From NCBI GenBank assembly GCA_041946735.1, contig JBHGAY010000008.1, positions 32,001-96,000 on the forward strand: a DNA stretch of 64,000 nt. The letters are read 5' to 3'. Position 1 is the stretch's first letter, and every line of letters starts with the position of its first letter. The notes under the pieces were generated by a model that saw only the letters and a list, made by a program, of their open reading frames with translations, was not told where the DNA came from and did not search any database. Positions 27,752 to 38,266 of this stretch are shown here, piece by piece. The translations under genes and the position numbers were made by a program. The stretch is from Candidatus Eiseniibacteriota bacterium (GTDB lineage: Bacteria > Eisenbacteria > RBG-16-71-46 > CAIMUX01 > VGJL01).

Positions 27752-29377
27752 ATGTCGAAGAAGGGCCGCCGCCTTCGGCGTGCGCTCGCGATCCTCGTCT
27801 CTTCGCTCGTCCCGCTCGTTCCGTGCGCGCTCGTCTCGCTCGTTTCGCGCGACGCGGCGGCGGCGCGCGATCCGGTGATCGCCAACCCGGACAGCGCCCT
27901 GGCGATCGCGCTGGCCGGCATCGCCGGGGCTCCGCTCTCCCTCGAGGAGGCGCAGCGGCTCGCGATCGACCGATCGACCGATCTGGGGCAGGCTCGTGCC
28001 GCGCGGGTCGCGGCCGAGGGGGCGGCGCGCCGCGAAAGCGGCAAGTTCGATCCGGAGCTGTTCGCCGAGGTGTCGCACACGCAAGAGGACGCGTCGAGCG
28101 CCTCGCCGTTTGCCGGCGCGGATCTCCTGCGGACGAAGACGACGCTCGGTCTCGCCGGAGCGCGCATGCAGCTTCCGCTCGGAACGCGCCTGGAAGCGGC
28201 GATGACGACGACGCGTCTGCGAACGAACTCCGGCTTCGCGGCGCTCGACCCCGAATACGACGCGTTCGGCTCGCTCTCGATCACCCAGCCCCTGCTGCAA
28301 GGGTTCGGGGCCGGAACGCGGGCGCCTCTCGCCGCCGCGCAGATCGGGGAGCAGGCCGCGCGATCGCGTGAGGACGAAGCGACGCGTGCCGTGCAGGCCG
28401 ATGTGCAGATCGCCTACTGGGACCTCTATGCGGCCGAGCGGGACTACGCAGTGCAGAAGCTGATCGTCGGTCAGGCCGAGGCGCTCCTCGAGGAGACCCG
28501 CACGCGGGCCGGCGCCGGCCTGGTCGGCCCGAGCGAAGTCGCCAACGCGCGCGTGTTCCTGGCGGAGCAGAGGCAGGCGCAGCTCGATCGCGAGGAAGAC
28601 CTTGACCGTCTCTCCGACCGGATGGCCAGACTGATCGGCTCACGCCCGCAAGGCCAGGAAGGACGCTTCCGGCCGACCGACGAGCCGCCGAGCCGGTTCC
28701 CGATCGCCGGCGCCGACTCGCTCGTCAGGGTCGCGATCGAGCGGAACGAGGGGCTCCAGGCGATGCGCGAGGACGTGGTCGCCACGCGCACCCTCGCTCG
28801 CGGCGCCGCGTGGAACGCGCTCCCAGCGCTCGACCTCGTCGCCTCGGTAGGCGGCAACGGCCTCTCCGGGACGCCGCGAAGCGTGATCTTCGGCTCCGAC
28901 ACGCTCCGCACCTCGATTTCCGGGAGCGCTTCGGACGCCTGGTCCGATGTCTTCGGGCGGGACAATCCCACCTGGTCGGTCGGCCTGCGGATGTCGGTGC
29001 CGATCGGCAGCCGCGAAGGACGCGGCGAGCGCGACCGTCTTCGCGCCGAACAGGAGCGGGCGCGGTGGGCGGTCGAGGACGCCTCGCGCCGGCTCGCCGA
29101 TCAGGTCCGCGAGACGCATCGCGAGCTGGTCAACGCGTCGCGAAGGCTCGAGGCGGCGCGCGACGGCGTCGACGCCGCGCAGGAGCAGGTCCGGATCGGG
29201 ATGATCGAATACCGCAACGGACGGACGACCGCCTTCGAGCTCGTGCGGCTCGGAGCCGACGTGGCCTCCGCGCAACGCCGCTACTCGCAGGCGCTCGTCC
29301 GCGCCGCGCAGGCGGCCGCCAAGCTGTCGCTTCTCACCTCGGGCGGGTATCCGGGGGAAACAGGAGGATCCCGATGA
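27752..29377 (+). CDS. TolC family outer membrane efflux protein
   Basis: Signal peptide, LSLEEAQRLAI, ITQPLLQG, AYWDL, LPALDL, W.VGL.MSVPIG, EYRNGRTT. Confidence 0.9.
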   Translation: MSKKGRRLRRALAILVSSLVPLVPCALVSLVSRDAAAARDPVIANPDSALAIALAGIAGAPLSLEEAQRLAIDRSTDLGQARAARVAAEGAARRESGKFDPELFAEVSHTQEDASSASPFAGADLLRTKTTLGLAGARMQLPLGTRLEAAMTTTRLRTNSGFAALDPEYDAFGSLSITQPLLQGFGAGTRAPLAAAQIGEQAARSREDEATRAVQADVQIAYWDLYAAERDYAVQKLIVGQAEALLEETRTRAGAGLVGPSEVANARVFLAEQRQAQLDREEDLDRLSDRMARLIGSRPQGQEGRFRPTDEPPSRFPIAGADSLVRVAIERNEGLQAMREDVVATRTLARGAAWNALPALDLVASVGGNGLSGTPRSVIFGSDTLRTSISGSASDAWSDVFGRDNPTWSVGLRMSVPIGSREGRGERDRLRAEQERARWAVEDASRRLADQVRETHRELVNASRRLEAARDGVDAAQEQVRIGMIEYRNGRTTAFELVRLGADVASAQRRYSQALVRAAQAAAKLSLLTSGGYPGETGGSR

Positions 29378-30600
29378 AGCCGATGCGGAAGCCGTTGTCT
29401 CTGTCGCTGCCGCTGCCGCTGCTGCTTGCGGTGCTCGCGCTCCCGATGGCTCTGTCCTTCGGCTGCTCGAAGAAGGAGGCGGGAAAGAAGGGGGCCGCCT
29501 TCGCGATGCCCCCCACGCCGGTCGAGATCGCGGTCGCCGGCTCGCGGAGCGTTGCCGACGTCTTCGAGGCGGTCGGCACGATCGAGGCGAGAAACGCGAT
29601 CACCGTCGTCTCCGAGATCGACGGCGTCGTCCGGGAGATCCCGTTTCGGGAGGGGGATCCGATCCGCAAGGGAATGCTGATCGCGCGCATCGACGACGAC
29701 CAGCTCGCGGCGGAGGTCGCGAGGACGGAGGCGCTGCGCGATCAGAGCCGTTCGAACTACGAACGGGTGAAGGCGGTCGTCGAGCAGGGAGCGGGAGCTT
29801 CTCAGGACCTCGACGACGCCGCGGCGGCGTTGAAGGTCGCCGAGGCGAATCTCTCCTACGCCCAGGCGCGATTGAAGAAGGCGCGGATCACGGCGCCGTT
29901 CGACGGCGTCATCGGATCGCGGCGGGTGAGTCCCGGGGCGTTCGTCCGGGCGGGCGATGCGCTCACCGATCTCGCGCAGCTCGACCATATCCGCGTGCAC
30001 TTCGCAGTCCCGGAGCGTTACCTGGGCAAGCTGTCGAAGGGAGCGGCGGTGGCGATCTCGACGACCGCCTATCCTGGCGAGCACCTCGACGGGACGATCG
30101 AGGTCATCGATCCGGTGCTCGATCCGGACACGCGCTCCGCGCAGATCGTGGCGGATGCCGAGAACCTGGGAGGGAGGTTCCGCCCAGGAATGTCGGCGAA
30201 CGTGCAGGCGGTGCTCAGCCAGCGGGCGAACGCGCTCACGATCCCCAACGAGGCGGTCTTCGTCGAGGGAAGCCAGGCGTTCGTCTTCGTGATCCAGGCG
30301 GACAGCACGGTCACACGCGCGCCGCTGCAGCTCGGAACGAGGCAGGCGGACGTGGTCGAGGTTCTTCAGGGCCTCGAGCCGGGCGCCCGGGTCGTGCGCG
30401 CCGGTCACCAGAAGCTCTACGACGGGGCGAAGGTGATGCCGGTCGTCAGTCAGCCGGCCCAGGCGTCGGACGCCGGCTCGAACACTGGCGCCGCCGGTGG
30501 CGCGGGCGGCGACGGGGGCGGCACCGCTGGCACCGCGAGCGGCGATGAAGACGCCGCCGCGGACGGCAAGGGAGTCGTGATGGAGGCGGCCTCGCGATGA
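29374..30600 (+). CDS. RND efflux periplasmic adaptor (membrane fusion protein), lipoprotein
   Basis: ATG 29374 overlaps the TolC stop. Lipobox SFGC, VSEIDGVV..I.F.EGD, ITAPFDGVIG, FRPGMSA, GLEPGARVV..G. Confidence 0.92.
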   Translation: MKPMRKPLSLSLPLPLLLAVLALPMALSFGCSKKEAGKKGAAFAMPPTPVEIAVAGSRSVADVFEAVGTIEARNAITVVSEIDGVVREIPFREGDPIRKGMLIARIDDDQLAAEVARTEALRDQSRSNYERVKAVVEQGAGASQDLDDAAAALKVAEANLSYAQARLKKARITAPFDGVIGSRRVSPGAFVRAGDALTDLAQLDHIRVHFAVPERYLGKLSKGAAVAISTTAYPGEHLDGTIEVIDPVLDPDTRSAQIVADAENLGGRFRPGMSANVQAVLSQRANALTIPNEAVFVEGSQAFVFVIQADSTVTRAPLQLGTRQADVVEVLQGLEPGARVVRAGHQKLYDGAKVMPVVSQPAQASDAGSNTGAAGGAGGDGGGTAGTASGDEDAAADGKGVVMEAASR

Positions 30601-33600
30601 AGCTCTCCGAGATTTCGATCCATCGTCCCGTCTTCGCGACGGTCATGAGTCTCGCGATCCTCCTCTTCGGGGTGATCTCGTTCCTGCGGCTGCCGGTCCG
30701 CGAGTATCCCGACATCGATCCGCCGATCGTCTCGATCACGACGTTCTATCGGGGCGCGAGCCCGAGCGTGGTCGAGACGGAGATCACCAACGTGCTCGAG
30801 GAGCAGCTCGCGACGATCGAGGGGGTCAAGACCCTGACCTCGTCGAGCCGCGAGCAGGGATCGGTCATCACGATCGAGTTCGAGCTGGGGCGCGATGTCG
30901 ACGAAGCGTCGAACGACGTCCGCGACCGCGTCTCGCGCGTGCGTAGCTCGCTCCCGCGCGAGGCGGATGATCCGGTCGTCGCCAAGATCGACGCCGACGC
31001 CCAGCCGATCTTCTGGATCGCGCTCTCGAGCGAGCGGCACGATGGGCTGGAGCTGAGCGACGTGGCCGATCGGATTCTGAAGGAGCGCGTGCAGAGGCTG
31101 CCGGGCGTCGGATCGGTCATCATCGGCGGCGAGCGCCGCTACGCGATGCGCGTCTGGCTCGATCCGATGCGGATGGCGGCGCACGGGCTCACGACCCAGG
31201 ACGTCGAGCGGGCGATCGCCGCCGAGAACGCGGAGATCCCGGGAGGCCGCGTCGAGGGGAGCGAGCGCGAGTTCTCGGTCCGCACGCGTGGAGACCTGCG
31301 GACGCCCGAGGAGTTCGGCGCGATCATCGTCTCGCAGAAGGGGAACGAGGCGGTGCACCTCGACGACATTGCCGAGGTGTCGGTCGGGGCGGAGGACGAG
31401 CGCACGGTGGCCCGCTTCCTCGGCAAGCAGGCGGTGGGATTGGGGATCGTGAAGCAGTCGACGGCCAGCACGCTCGACGTCGCGCGCGAGGTGCGCGACG
31501 CGATCCCGAGCCTGCAGGCGGCGCTCCCGGAGGGGATGACGCTGAACGTCGCCTACGACTCCTCCATCTTCATCACCGAGTCGATCCACGAGGTGCGCGA
31601 CACGCTCCTGATCGCCGCCTGTCTGGTGATCCTCGTGATCCTCGTGTTCCTGAAGAGCGTGCGCGCGACCACGATCCCGACGATGGCGATCCCCGTCTCG
31701 ATCGTCGGCGCGTTCGCCGTCGCCTACTTCCTCGGATTCACCGTGAACATCCTGACGCTGCTCGCCCTCGTGCTCGCGATCGGGCTCGTCGTCGACGACG
31801 CGATCGTGATGCTCGAGAACATCTTCCGCCATCTCGAGATGGGGAAGTCCCGCCGGCAGGCGGCGCTCGACGGGGCGAAGGAGATCGGCTTCGCCGTCGT
31901 CGCGACGACGATCGCGCTCGTCGCCGTCTTCATCCCGGTCGCGTTTCTGACCGGCACGGTCGGCCGCCTCTTTCGCGAGTTCGGGATCACCGTCGCCGTA
32001 TCGGTGCTGATCTCGGGGTTCGTCGCGCTGACGCTGACGCCGATGATCTGCTCGAAGATGCTGCGGCCGCTGCACGGCAGCGGGACCGGTTGGGCGACCC
32101 GCTCGTTCAATGCCTTCTTCGACGCGCTCAACCGGATCTACGACAATACGCTCCGTTTCGTGCTGCGCCGGCCGCTCGTGCCGATCGCCGCCGCCGTCCT
32201 GCTGATGGTCACGGCCGTCGTGATCTTCCGGATCCTCCCGAGGGAGCTGGTGCCGATCGAGGACAGGGGGACGGCGTTCGGCGTGGTGATCGCGCCGGAG
32301 GGCTCGACGCTCGAGTACACCGATCGGTACATGCGACAGGTCGAGGGGACGCTGATGGCGCAGCCCGAGACGAAGGGGCTCTTCTCCGCCGTCGGGCTCG
32401 GCTTCGGCGGTCCGGGACGGGTGACGAACGGCTTCTTCTTCCTGCAGCTCAAGCCGCGCGACGAGCGGGAGCGATCGCAGCAGCAGGTGGTCGCGTCCCT
32501 CTTCCCGCAGCTGATCTCGATCCCGGGCGTGCTCGCCTTTGCGATCAACCCGCCGAGCCTCGGCGGCCGGTTCTCCTCCAACCCGGTCGAGTACGTGCTC
32601 CAGGCGGAGAGCTACGAGGATCTGAGCCAGGCGGTCGGAATCATGATGGGCAAGGCGTCGCAGCTCGGCTACCTCGTCAACCTCGACACCGATCTCCGCC
32701 TGAACAAGCCGCAGCTCGACATCTCGATCGATCGGGAGCGCGCGGCCGGGCTCGGCGTCTCGGTCACGGACATCGGCTCCACGCTCGAGATGATGCTCGG
32801 CGGCCGGGTGGTGAGCGAGTTCAAGCGGGGAACGAAGCAGTACGACGTGATCGCGCAGATGAAGCCGGCGAACCGCGCGACCCCCGATGCGATCGACGGC
32901 ATCTACCTGCGGGGCAACTCCGGTCTCGTGCAGCTCGCCAACGTCGTCGACGTCCACGAGACAGTGGCTCCGAAGGAGCTGAACCACTACAACCGCGTCC
33001 GCTCCGCCACGATCACGGCGAACCTCGCTCCCGGAGTGAGCCTCGGGACGGCGCTCGACGCGCTCGACCGTATCGCCGCGAACGATCTTCCCCCCGGGAT
33101 CCGTCACGAGCTGGGAGGGCAGTCGCGCGAGTTCCGCGAGTCGAGCAGCAGCCTCTACCTCCTCTTCCTGCTCGCCGTCGTCTTCATTTTTCTCGTGCTG
33201 GCGGCGCAGTTCGAGAGCTTCGTCCATCCCTTCACGATTCTCTTGTCGGTGCCGCTCGCGGTGGTCGGCGCCCTGGTCTCGCTGCTGGCGTTCCACCAGT
33301 CGCTGAACATCTACTCGCAGATCGGCCTGATCATGCTGATCGGCCTCGTCACGAAGAACTCGATCCTGATCGTGGAGTACTCCAACCAGCTCCGCGCGCG
33401 CGGGCTGGAGACGCTCGAGGCGGTGCGGGAGGCGTCGAAGATCCGGCTTCGCCCGATCCTCATGACGTCCTTCGCGACGATCTTCGGGATCCTGCCGATC
33501 GCGATCGGGCTGGGCGCGGGCGCCGAGGCCCGCCGCCCGCTCGGGATTGCGGTCGTCGGCGGAATGTTCTTCTCGACCTTCCTCACCCTGATCCTCGTGC

Positions 33601-33761
33601 CGGTCGTCTACTCGCTCCTCGCCCGGTTCACCGGCGTGCGGGAAGAGGCCGGGATGAGCGAGCCGGAAGGGGAAGGGGGGGCGCGGGAGATCGGCGGAGC
33701 GCGCCGCGCAGGGGACGGCGGAAGGGCTGCGGTCCTCGGCACGGTCGAGCCGGTCGCGTAA
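30597..33761 (+). CDS. RND efflux transporter permease (AcrB/MdtC-like)
   Basis: SIHRPVFATV, LPVREYPDID.P, AIGLVVDDAIVMLEN, GRLFREF, GLVTKNSILIVE, RLRPILMT. Confidence 0.96.
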   Translation: MKLSEISIHRPVFATVMSLAILLFGVISFLRLPVREYPDIDPPIVSITTFYRGASPSVVETEITNVLEEQLATIEGVKTLTSSSREQGSVITIEFELGRDVDEASNDVRDRVSRVRSSLPREADDPVVAKIDADAQPIFWIALSSERHDGLELSDVADRILKERVQRLPGVGSVIIGGERRYAMRVWLDPMRMAAHGLTTQDVERAIAAENAEIPGGRVEGSEREFSVRTRGDLRTPEEFGAIIVSQKGNEAVHLDDIAEVSVGAEDERTVARFLGKQAVGLGIVKQSTASTLDVAREVRDAIPSLQAALPEGMTLNVAYDSSIFITESIHEVRDTLLIAACLVILVILVFLKSVRATTIPTMAIPVSIVGAFAVAYFLGFTVNILTLLALVLAIGLVVDDAIVMLENIFRHLEMGKSRRQAALDGAKEIGFAVVATTIALVAVFIPVAFLTGTVGRLFREFGITVAVSVLISGFVALTLTPMICSKMLRPLHGSGTGWATRSFNAFFDALNRIYDNTLRFVLRRPLVPIAAAVLLMVTAVVIFRILPRELVPIEDRGTAFGVVIAPEGSTLEYTDRYMRQVEGTLMAQPETKGLFSAVGLGFGGPGRVTNGFFFLQLKPRDERERSQQQVVASLFPQLISIPGVLAFAINPPSLGGRFSSNPVEYVLQAESYEDLSQAVGIMMGKASQLGYLVNLDTDLRLNKPQLDISIDRERAAGLGVSVTDIGSTLEMMLGGRVVSEFKRGTKQYDVIAQMKPANRATPDAIDGIYLRGNSGLVQLANVVDVHETVAPKELNHYNRVRSATITANLAPGVSLGTALDALDRIAANDLPPGIRHELGGQSREFRESSSSLYLLFLLAVVFIFLVLAAQFESFVHPFTILLSVPLAVVGALVSLLAFHQSLNIYSQIGLIMLIGLVTKNSILIVEYSNQLRARGLETLEAVREASKIRLRPILMTSFATIFGILPIAIGLGAGAEARRPLGIAVVGGMFFSTFLTLILVPVVYSLLARFTGVREEAGMSEPEGEGGAREIGGARRAGDGGRAAVLGTVEPVA

Positions 33762-33797
33762 GCCACCTCTCCGCGAGGGCGCGCATGAGGCGGCAGC

Positions 33798-34544
33798 TTA
33801 CTCCTTCCTGCCTCGAACGGGGGTTCGCGACCCGGCCCCGCGCGCTGCGAAGCGTGCGGTGATCCAGGCTCGCGCGCGCCGGCCGGCGAGCAGGGTGGCG
33901 ACCGCAACGACGACGACGGCGATCCCCGCCCAGAGCCAGGCGCCCGGCGGGAGGCGGCGCGCGTTCGCGCCGAACCAGCAGAGCAGGAAGTGCGACGGCA
34001 GCCGCGAGAGGACGATGAGCGGAAGCATTCTGGCGATCTGCAGGCGGCTGAGACCGATCGCGATGCAGGCGACGTCGTCGGGGAAGAACGGGAGCAGGAA
34101 GACGACGACGTAGAAGGCGGCCGACCGCTGTGACGACCACTCCTCGGCGAGGGCGATCGTGCGGCGGCCGAGGAGCCCGCGCAGGACCGGCCGGCCGAGG
34201 TGCCGGGAGAGCAGCAGAACGCTCCACGTCCCGGCGGCCCCTCCGATCGTGGAGTACAGCAGCCCGCGCCAGAGTCCGAACAGGAGGCCGCTGATCATCC
34301 CGATCAGATGGCCCGGGATCGGGGCGAGGATCACCTGGATGGCCTGGAGCGCGATGAGGACCACCGGCGCCCAAGCGCCGCGCGACGCGAGGAACGCCTC
34401 GAGCGCTTCGCGGTCCCGGAAGATCCGGACGAGCTGCGAGGGGGAGATCCAGAGCACGAGCGCTCCGGCGAACGCCGCGACGACGAGCGCGGCGAAGATC
34501 CACGCGCGGGCGCGCCGGCTTCTTTCGTCCCCCGGGACGCTCAT
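33798..34544 (-). CDS. TVP38/TMEM64 (DedA/VTT domain) membrane protein
   Basis: QAIQVILAPIPG..GLLFG..G, FLLPFFPDD...IGLS, RLPS. Confidence 0.88.
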   Translation of the reverse strand: MSVPGDERSRRARAWIFAALVVAAFAGALVLWISPSQLVRIFRDREALEAFLASRGAWAPVVLIALQAIQVILAPIPGHLIGMISGLLFGLWRGLLYSTIGGAAGTWSVLLLSRHLGRPVLRGLLGRRTIALAEEWSSQRSAAFYVVVFLLPFFPDDVACIAIGLSRLQIARMLPLIVLSRLPSHFLLCWFGANARRLPPGAWLWAGIAVVVVAVATLLAGRRARAWITARFAARGAGSRTPVRGRKE

Positions 34545-34799
34545 GAGCAGAGAGTAGCGGCCTCGGCCCGCCTCGGCACGGTTGCTGCGGCGGAGACAGA
34601 CCGGCGAGCGGGTGGGAGTCTCGAAGGGTTCGGAACGAGGGAGTTCTCAGGACCTTCATTGGACCGGCCGATGCCTTCTCCGTACGATGGGAATCGAGGG
34701 AGCGGATCGGCGTGATAGCGGGACGCAAAGCGCGTCACCGGCCGAAGGCCGTCGAGCTTTCCTCTGGCAGGTCCCCCTGACCCCCCTGCCCCCCAACGG

Positions 34800-37700
34800 A
34801 TGAACATCGCACCGAGGAAGAAGGCGTTCGAGTTCTCGCTTCACGGCTGGTCCCGCCCGCGACTGCTCCCGCTGCGCTTCCAAAGGCCTCCGGACTGGCT
34901 GATCGCGACGGCCGTCGCCGGCGCCGTGGTGACGGTCTTCGTGGTCCGGGAGGCGAAGGAATCGACGCTCCAGTCCGGCCTGCTTTCCCGCATCGCCCGG
35001 CAGCTCACCTACCGTGTCGAGCCCGGGCCTGGCGATGCCATCCTCTTTCCTTCGGAAGGACCGTTCGACATCTCGCGCGGATATGCGGCGATTCCGCGGA
35101 TCACGGAACGGCTGAGCGGGAGCGGGTACCGGGTGATCGCCCAGGCGCGGATGTCGGAGCGGATGCAATCGCTCGCGCGCCACGGCGTGCCCCCGGTCTA
35201 TGACGAGAAGACGCAGGCCGGTCTGACCATCCTCGATCGGCAGGGGAAGCGGCTGTACGAGGTGTCTTCCCCGCGGCGCGCCTACTCCGACTTCGACTCA
35301 ATTCCTCCGCTCGTCGTGAAATCGCTGCTGTTCGTCGAGAATCGCGAGCTTCTCGAAAAGGACCGTCCGCGCCTGAACCCCGGGGTCGAGTGGGATCGCC
35401 TTGTGCGAGCCGCCTTCGAGTTCGCTCTCAATCGCGTCGGCCTCGATCGCGAGCAGCCGGGGGGAAGCACGCTCGCGACGCAGATCGAGAAATACCGCCA
35501 CAGTCCGGAGGGAAGGACCGAGGGGCCGGGCGACAAGCTGCGCCAGATGGCGGCGGCGAGCCTCCGCGCCTATCGCAACGGGCGCGTGACGCTCGACGCG
35601 CGCCGCTCGATCGTGGTCGACTACGTCAACAGCGTCCCTCTGAGCGCCTATCCGGGTTACGGCGAGGTGAGCGGGCTGGCCGAGGGGCTGTGGATCTGGT
35701 TCGGCGTCGATCCGCGCGAGGTCGATCTTGCGTTGCGCGCCCCTCCGCTTCCGGCGATCGAGGAGGTCTCCGCCGATCCTGTCGCTGCGAGCGGCGGACC
35801 GCGGAGCGAGGCGCGCGAGGCGAGCGAGGCGCCTCCGGAGGCGGGACGAATCGGCTCGCGGCCAGGCGAGTTCGCCGCGCCCGCCGGCGGCCCGGCGATG
35901 TCCCCGGCCGAAGCGTACAAGATGATCCTCAGCCTGATCGTCGCGCAGCGACGCCCGAGCGCCTACCTGCAGCCCTCCGGCCGCGAGCAGCTCGAACGCG
36001 AGACGGACCAGTATCTCTCGCTCCTCGCCCACGATCAGGTGATTCCCGCCGGCCTCGCCGCGCAGGCGCGCGCGAGCCGGCTCCGGTTCCGCGACGAGCC
36101 GGTCGCCATCCCGCGGCCCCCCTTCGTCCGGAGGAAGGCGATCAACGAGGTGCGGACCGATCTGCTGCGCCTTCTCGGGGTCGACGACCTCTACACGCTC
36201 GATCGCTTCGATCTGATTGCGAGAAGCACGATCGATCAGCACCTCCAGCAGCGCGTGACGCGCCTGCTGCAGCGCCTGCGCGATCCTGCCTACGTCGACT
36301 CGGCCGGCCTGCGCGCGGAGCGCCTGCTCGACCGCGGCGACCCTTCCGCGGTGGTGTACAGCTTCACCCTCTTCGAGCGGACGCCGGAAGGGAACCTGCT
36401 GCGGGTGCAGGCGGACAACGTCGACGAGCCGTTCGACGTGAATCAGGGATCGAAGCTCGACCTCGGTTCCACCGCGAAGCTTCGCACGTTGACGCACTAC
36501 CTGCAGATCATGGCCGAGCTGCATCACGAGATGGCGGGGCGGCCGGCCGGCGGTCTCCGGCTCGAGAGCGGCGAGACGGCCGATCCGCTACGCCGATGGG
36601 CCGCCGGCTGGCTCGCGTCTTCGCCCGACACCACGCTGCCGGCGATGCTCCACGCCGCGCTCGAGCGCCGCTACTCGGCCAGTCCCGGCGAGTCGTTCTT
36701 CACGGGGGGCGGGCTCCACACCTTCCACAACTTCACGAAGGACGAGAACGGCCGCATCATGACCGTCTCCGAAGCGTTCCGGAACTCGGTGAACCTCGTC
36801 TTCATCCGTCTGATGCGCGACATCGTGCGTCACGAGATGGCGCAGCTTCCCGCCTACGCTTCGGGGATCCTCGAGGATCCGAGCGACCCGGCGCGCCAGG
36901 AGTACCTCGCGCGCTTCGCCGACAAGGAGGGGAAGACCTACCTCGGGCAGTTCTGGAAGAAGTACCACGGCGAGCGGCGGCGTGGCGACCCGCTCGAGAT
37001 CCTCGTTCAAGGGATCGTGCCGACGCCGAAGCGGCTCGCGGTCCTCTACCGGTCGATCTACCCCGACGGCGATCTCGAATCGTTCGGAAGGTTCCTGCGG
37101 GCGCACCTGCCTGGCGCGGGAAGCGATCCGCAAGACGTCGCGGATCTCTACGACAACTTCGCTCCCGATCAGTTCACGCTCGACGAGCGCGGCTACCTCG
37201 CCAAGATCCACCCGCTGGAGCTGTGGCTCGTCCGGTATATGAAGGAGCACCCGGACGCGAGCTGGAAGGACGTCGTCGCGGCGAGCGAGTCGACGAGGCA
37301 GGACGTCTACGCGTGGCTCTTCAAGAGCACACGGACGAAGGCGCAGAACATCCGAATCTGGACGCTCCTCGAGGCAGAGGCGTTCGAACGGATTCACGAG
37401 GCGTGGCAGCGTCTCGGCTACCCGTTCGACCGTCTCGTCCCCTCGCTCGCCACCGCGATCGGCTCGTCCGCGGACCGTCCCGCCGCTCTTGCGGAACTGA
37501 TCGGCATCCTCGGCAACGACGGTGTCCGGCTTCCGAGCCGAAGCGTGACCGGCCTCGACTTCGCCGTCTCGACCCCCTACGAGACGCGGTTTGCGGCCGG
37601 CGAGGCGCAAGGGGAGCGGGTGCTGCCGCCGGCGGTCGCGGAGGCGGTTCGCGAGGAGCTGTTCCACGTGGTCATGGACGGGACGGCACGCCGCGCCTTC

Positions 37701-38120
37701 AACGACTACCGAGTCGAGGGGGAGAAGCTCCCGCTGCTGGGCGGGAAGACCGGCACGGGGGACCACCGGTACGAAACCTTCGGGCCGGGGCGGCGCCTGC
37801 TCGAGTCGCGCGTCGTGAACCGGACCGCGACCTTCGTCTTCCTTCTCGGCGACCGCTACTTCGGGACGATCACCGCCGTGCCCGGCGAGCGCGCCGCGCG
37901 CTACGACTTCTCGAGCGCGCTCCCGGTGCAGATCATGCGGATCCTCGCTTCCGATCTACGCCCTCTCGTCGACGCCGGCGTGCCGCCGCGCCGGCCGGAG
38001 CCTGCGCCCGGCCGTCCGGCCGAGGGCGAAGAGGAAGACGATTGGTCCGTCCCTGCGTTTTCCCCCTCGCCTGCCGCGGGCGCCGCGCCTGCCCCGGCCA
38101 TACTCGCCGTGGGGGACTGA
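34800..38120 (+). CDS. Large atypical bifunctional transglycosylase / penicillin-binding-like protein
   Basis: LLFVENREL, GGSTLATQIEKYRHS (GT51-like), GSTAKLR (SxxK), SVN, GGKTGTGD. Confidence 0.8.
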   Translation: MNIAPRKKAFEFSLHGWSRPRLLPLRFQRPPDWLIATAVAGAVVTVFVVREAKESTLQSGLLSRIARQLTYRVEPGPGDAILFPSEGPFDISRGYAAIPRITERLSGSGYRVIAQARMSERMQSLARHGVPPVYDEKTQAGLTILDRQGKRLYEVSSPRRAYSDFDSIPPLVVKSLLFVENRELLEKDRPRLNPGVEWDRLVRAAFEFALNRVGLDREQPGGSTLATQIEKYRHSPEGRTEGPGDKLRQMAAASLRAYRNGRVTLDARRSIVVDYVNSVPLSAYPGYGEVSGLAEGLWIWFGVDPREVDLALRAPPLPAIEEVSADPVAASGGPRSEAREASEAPPEAGRIGSRPGEFAAPAGGPAMSPAEAYKMILSLIVAQRRPSAYLQPSGREQLERETDQYLSLLAHDQVIPAGLAAQARASRLRFRDEPVAIPRPPFVRRKAINEVRTDLLRLLGVDDLYTLDRFDLIARSTIDQHLQQRVTRLLQRLRDPAYVDSAGLRAERLLDRGDPSAVVYSFTLFERTPEGNLLRVQADNVDEPFDVNQGSKLDLGSTAKLRTLTHYLQIMAELHHEMAGRPAGGLRLESGETADPLRRWAAGWLASSPDTTLPAMLHAALERRYSASPGESFFTGGGLHTFHNFTKDENGRIMTVSEAFRNSVNLVFIRLMRDIVRHEMAQLPAYASGILEDPSDPARQEYLARFADKEGKTYLGQFWKKYHGERRRGDPLEILVQGIVPTPKRLAVLYRSIYPDGDLESFGRFLRAHLPGAGSDPQDVADLYDNFAPDQFTLDERGYLAKIHPLELWLVRYMKEHPDASWKDVVAASESTRQDVYAWLFKSTRTKAQNIRIWTLLEAEAFERIHEAWQRLGYPFDRLVPSLATAIGSSADRPAALAELIGILGNDGVRLPSRSVTGLDFAVSTPYETRFAAGEAQGERVLPPAVAEAVREELFHVVMDGTARRAFNDYRVEGEKLPLLGGKTGTGDHRYETFGPGRRLLESRVVNRTATFVFLLGDRYFGTITAVPGERAARYDFSSALPVQIMRILASDLRPLVDAGVPPRRPEPAPGRPAEGEEEDDWSVPAFSPSPAAGAAPAPAILAVGD

Positions 38121-38266
38121 CCGCTCGCCTGCTCGCCCCTCGCGCCTGCTCGCTCGCGCTCCGCCGCGCGCGCCCGCGCGCGAGTCCGCGCAGCCCCTCG
38201 GCGCTGGTCTCTGCTAGAATCGAGGTCGTCGATTCGTCCCCTGCACATGCAAGAAGGAGCGAGAGC

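Noticed and set aside
35390..38266. 5' part of the 1383-aa ORF 35390..39541
   Set aside because: Off-frame shadow of the PBP-like gene with R/A/P-rich translation. The real M43 gene starts at ATG 38267 with its own SD and signal peptide.
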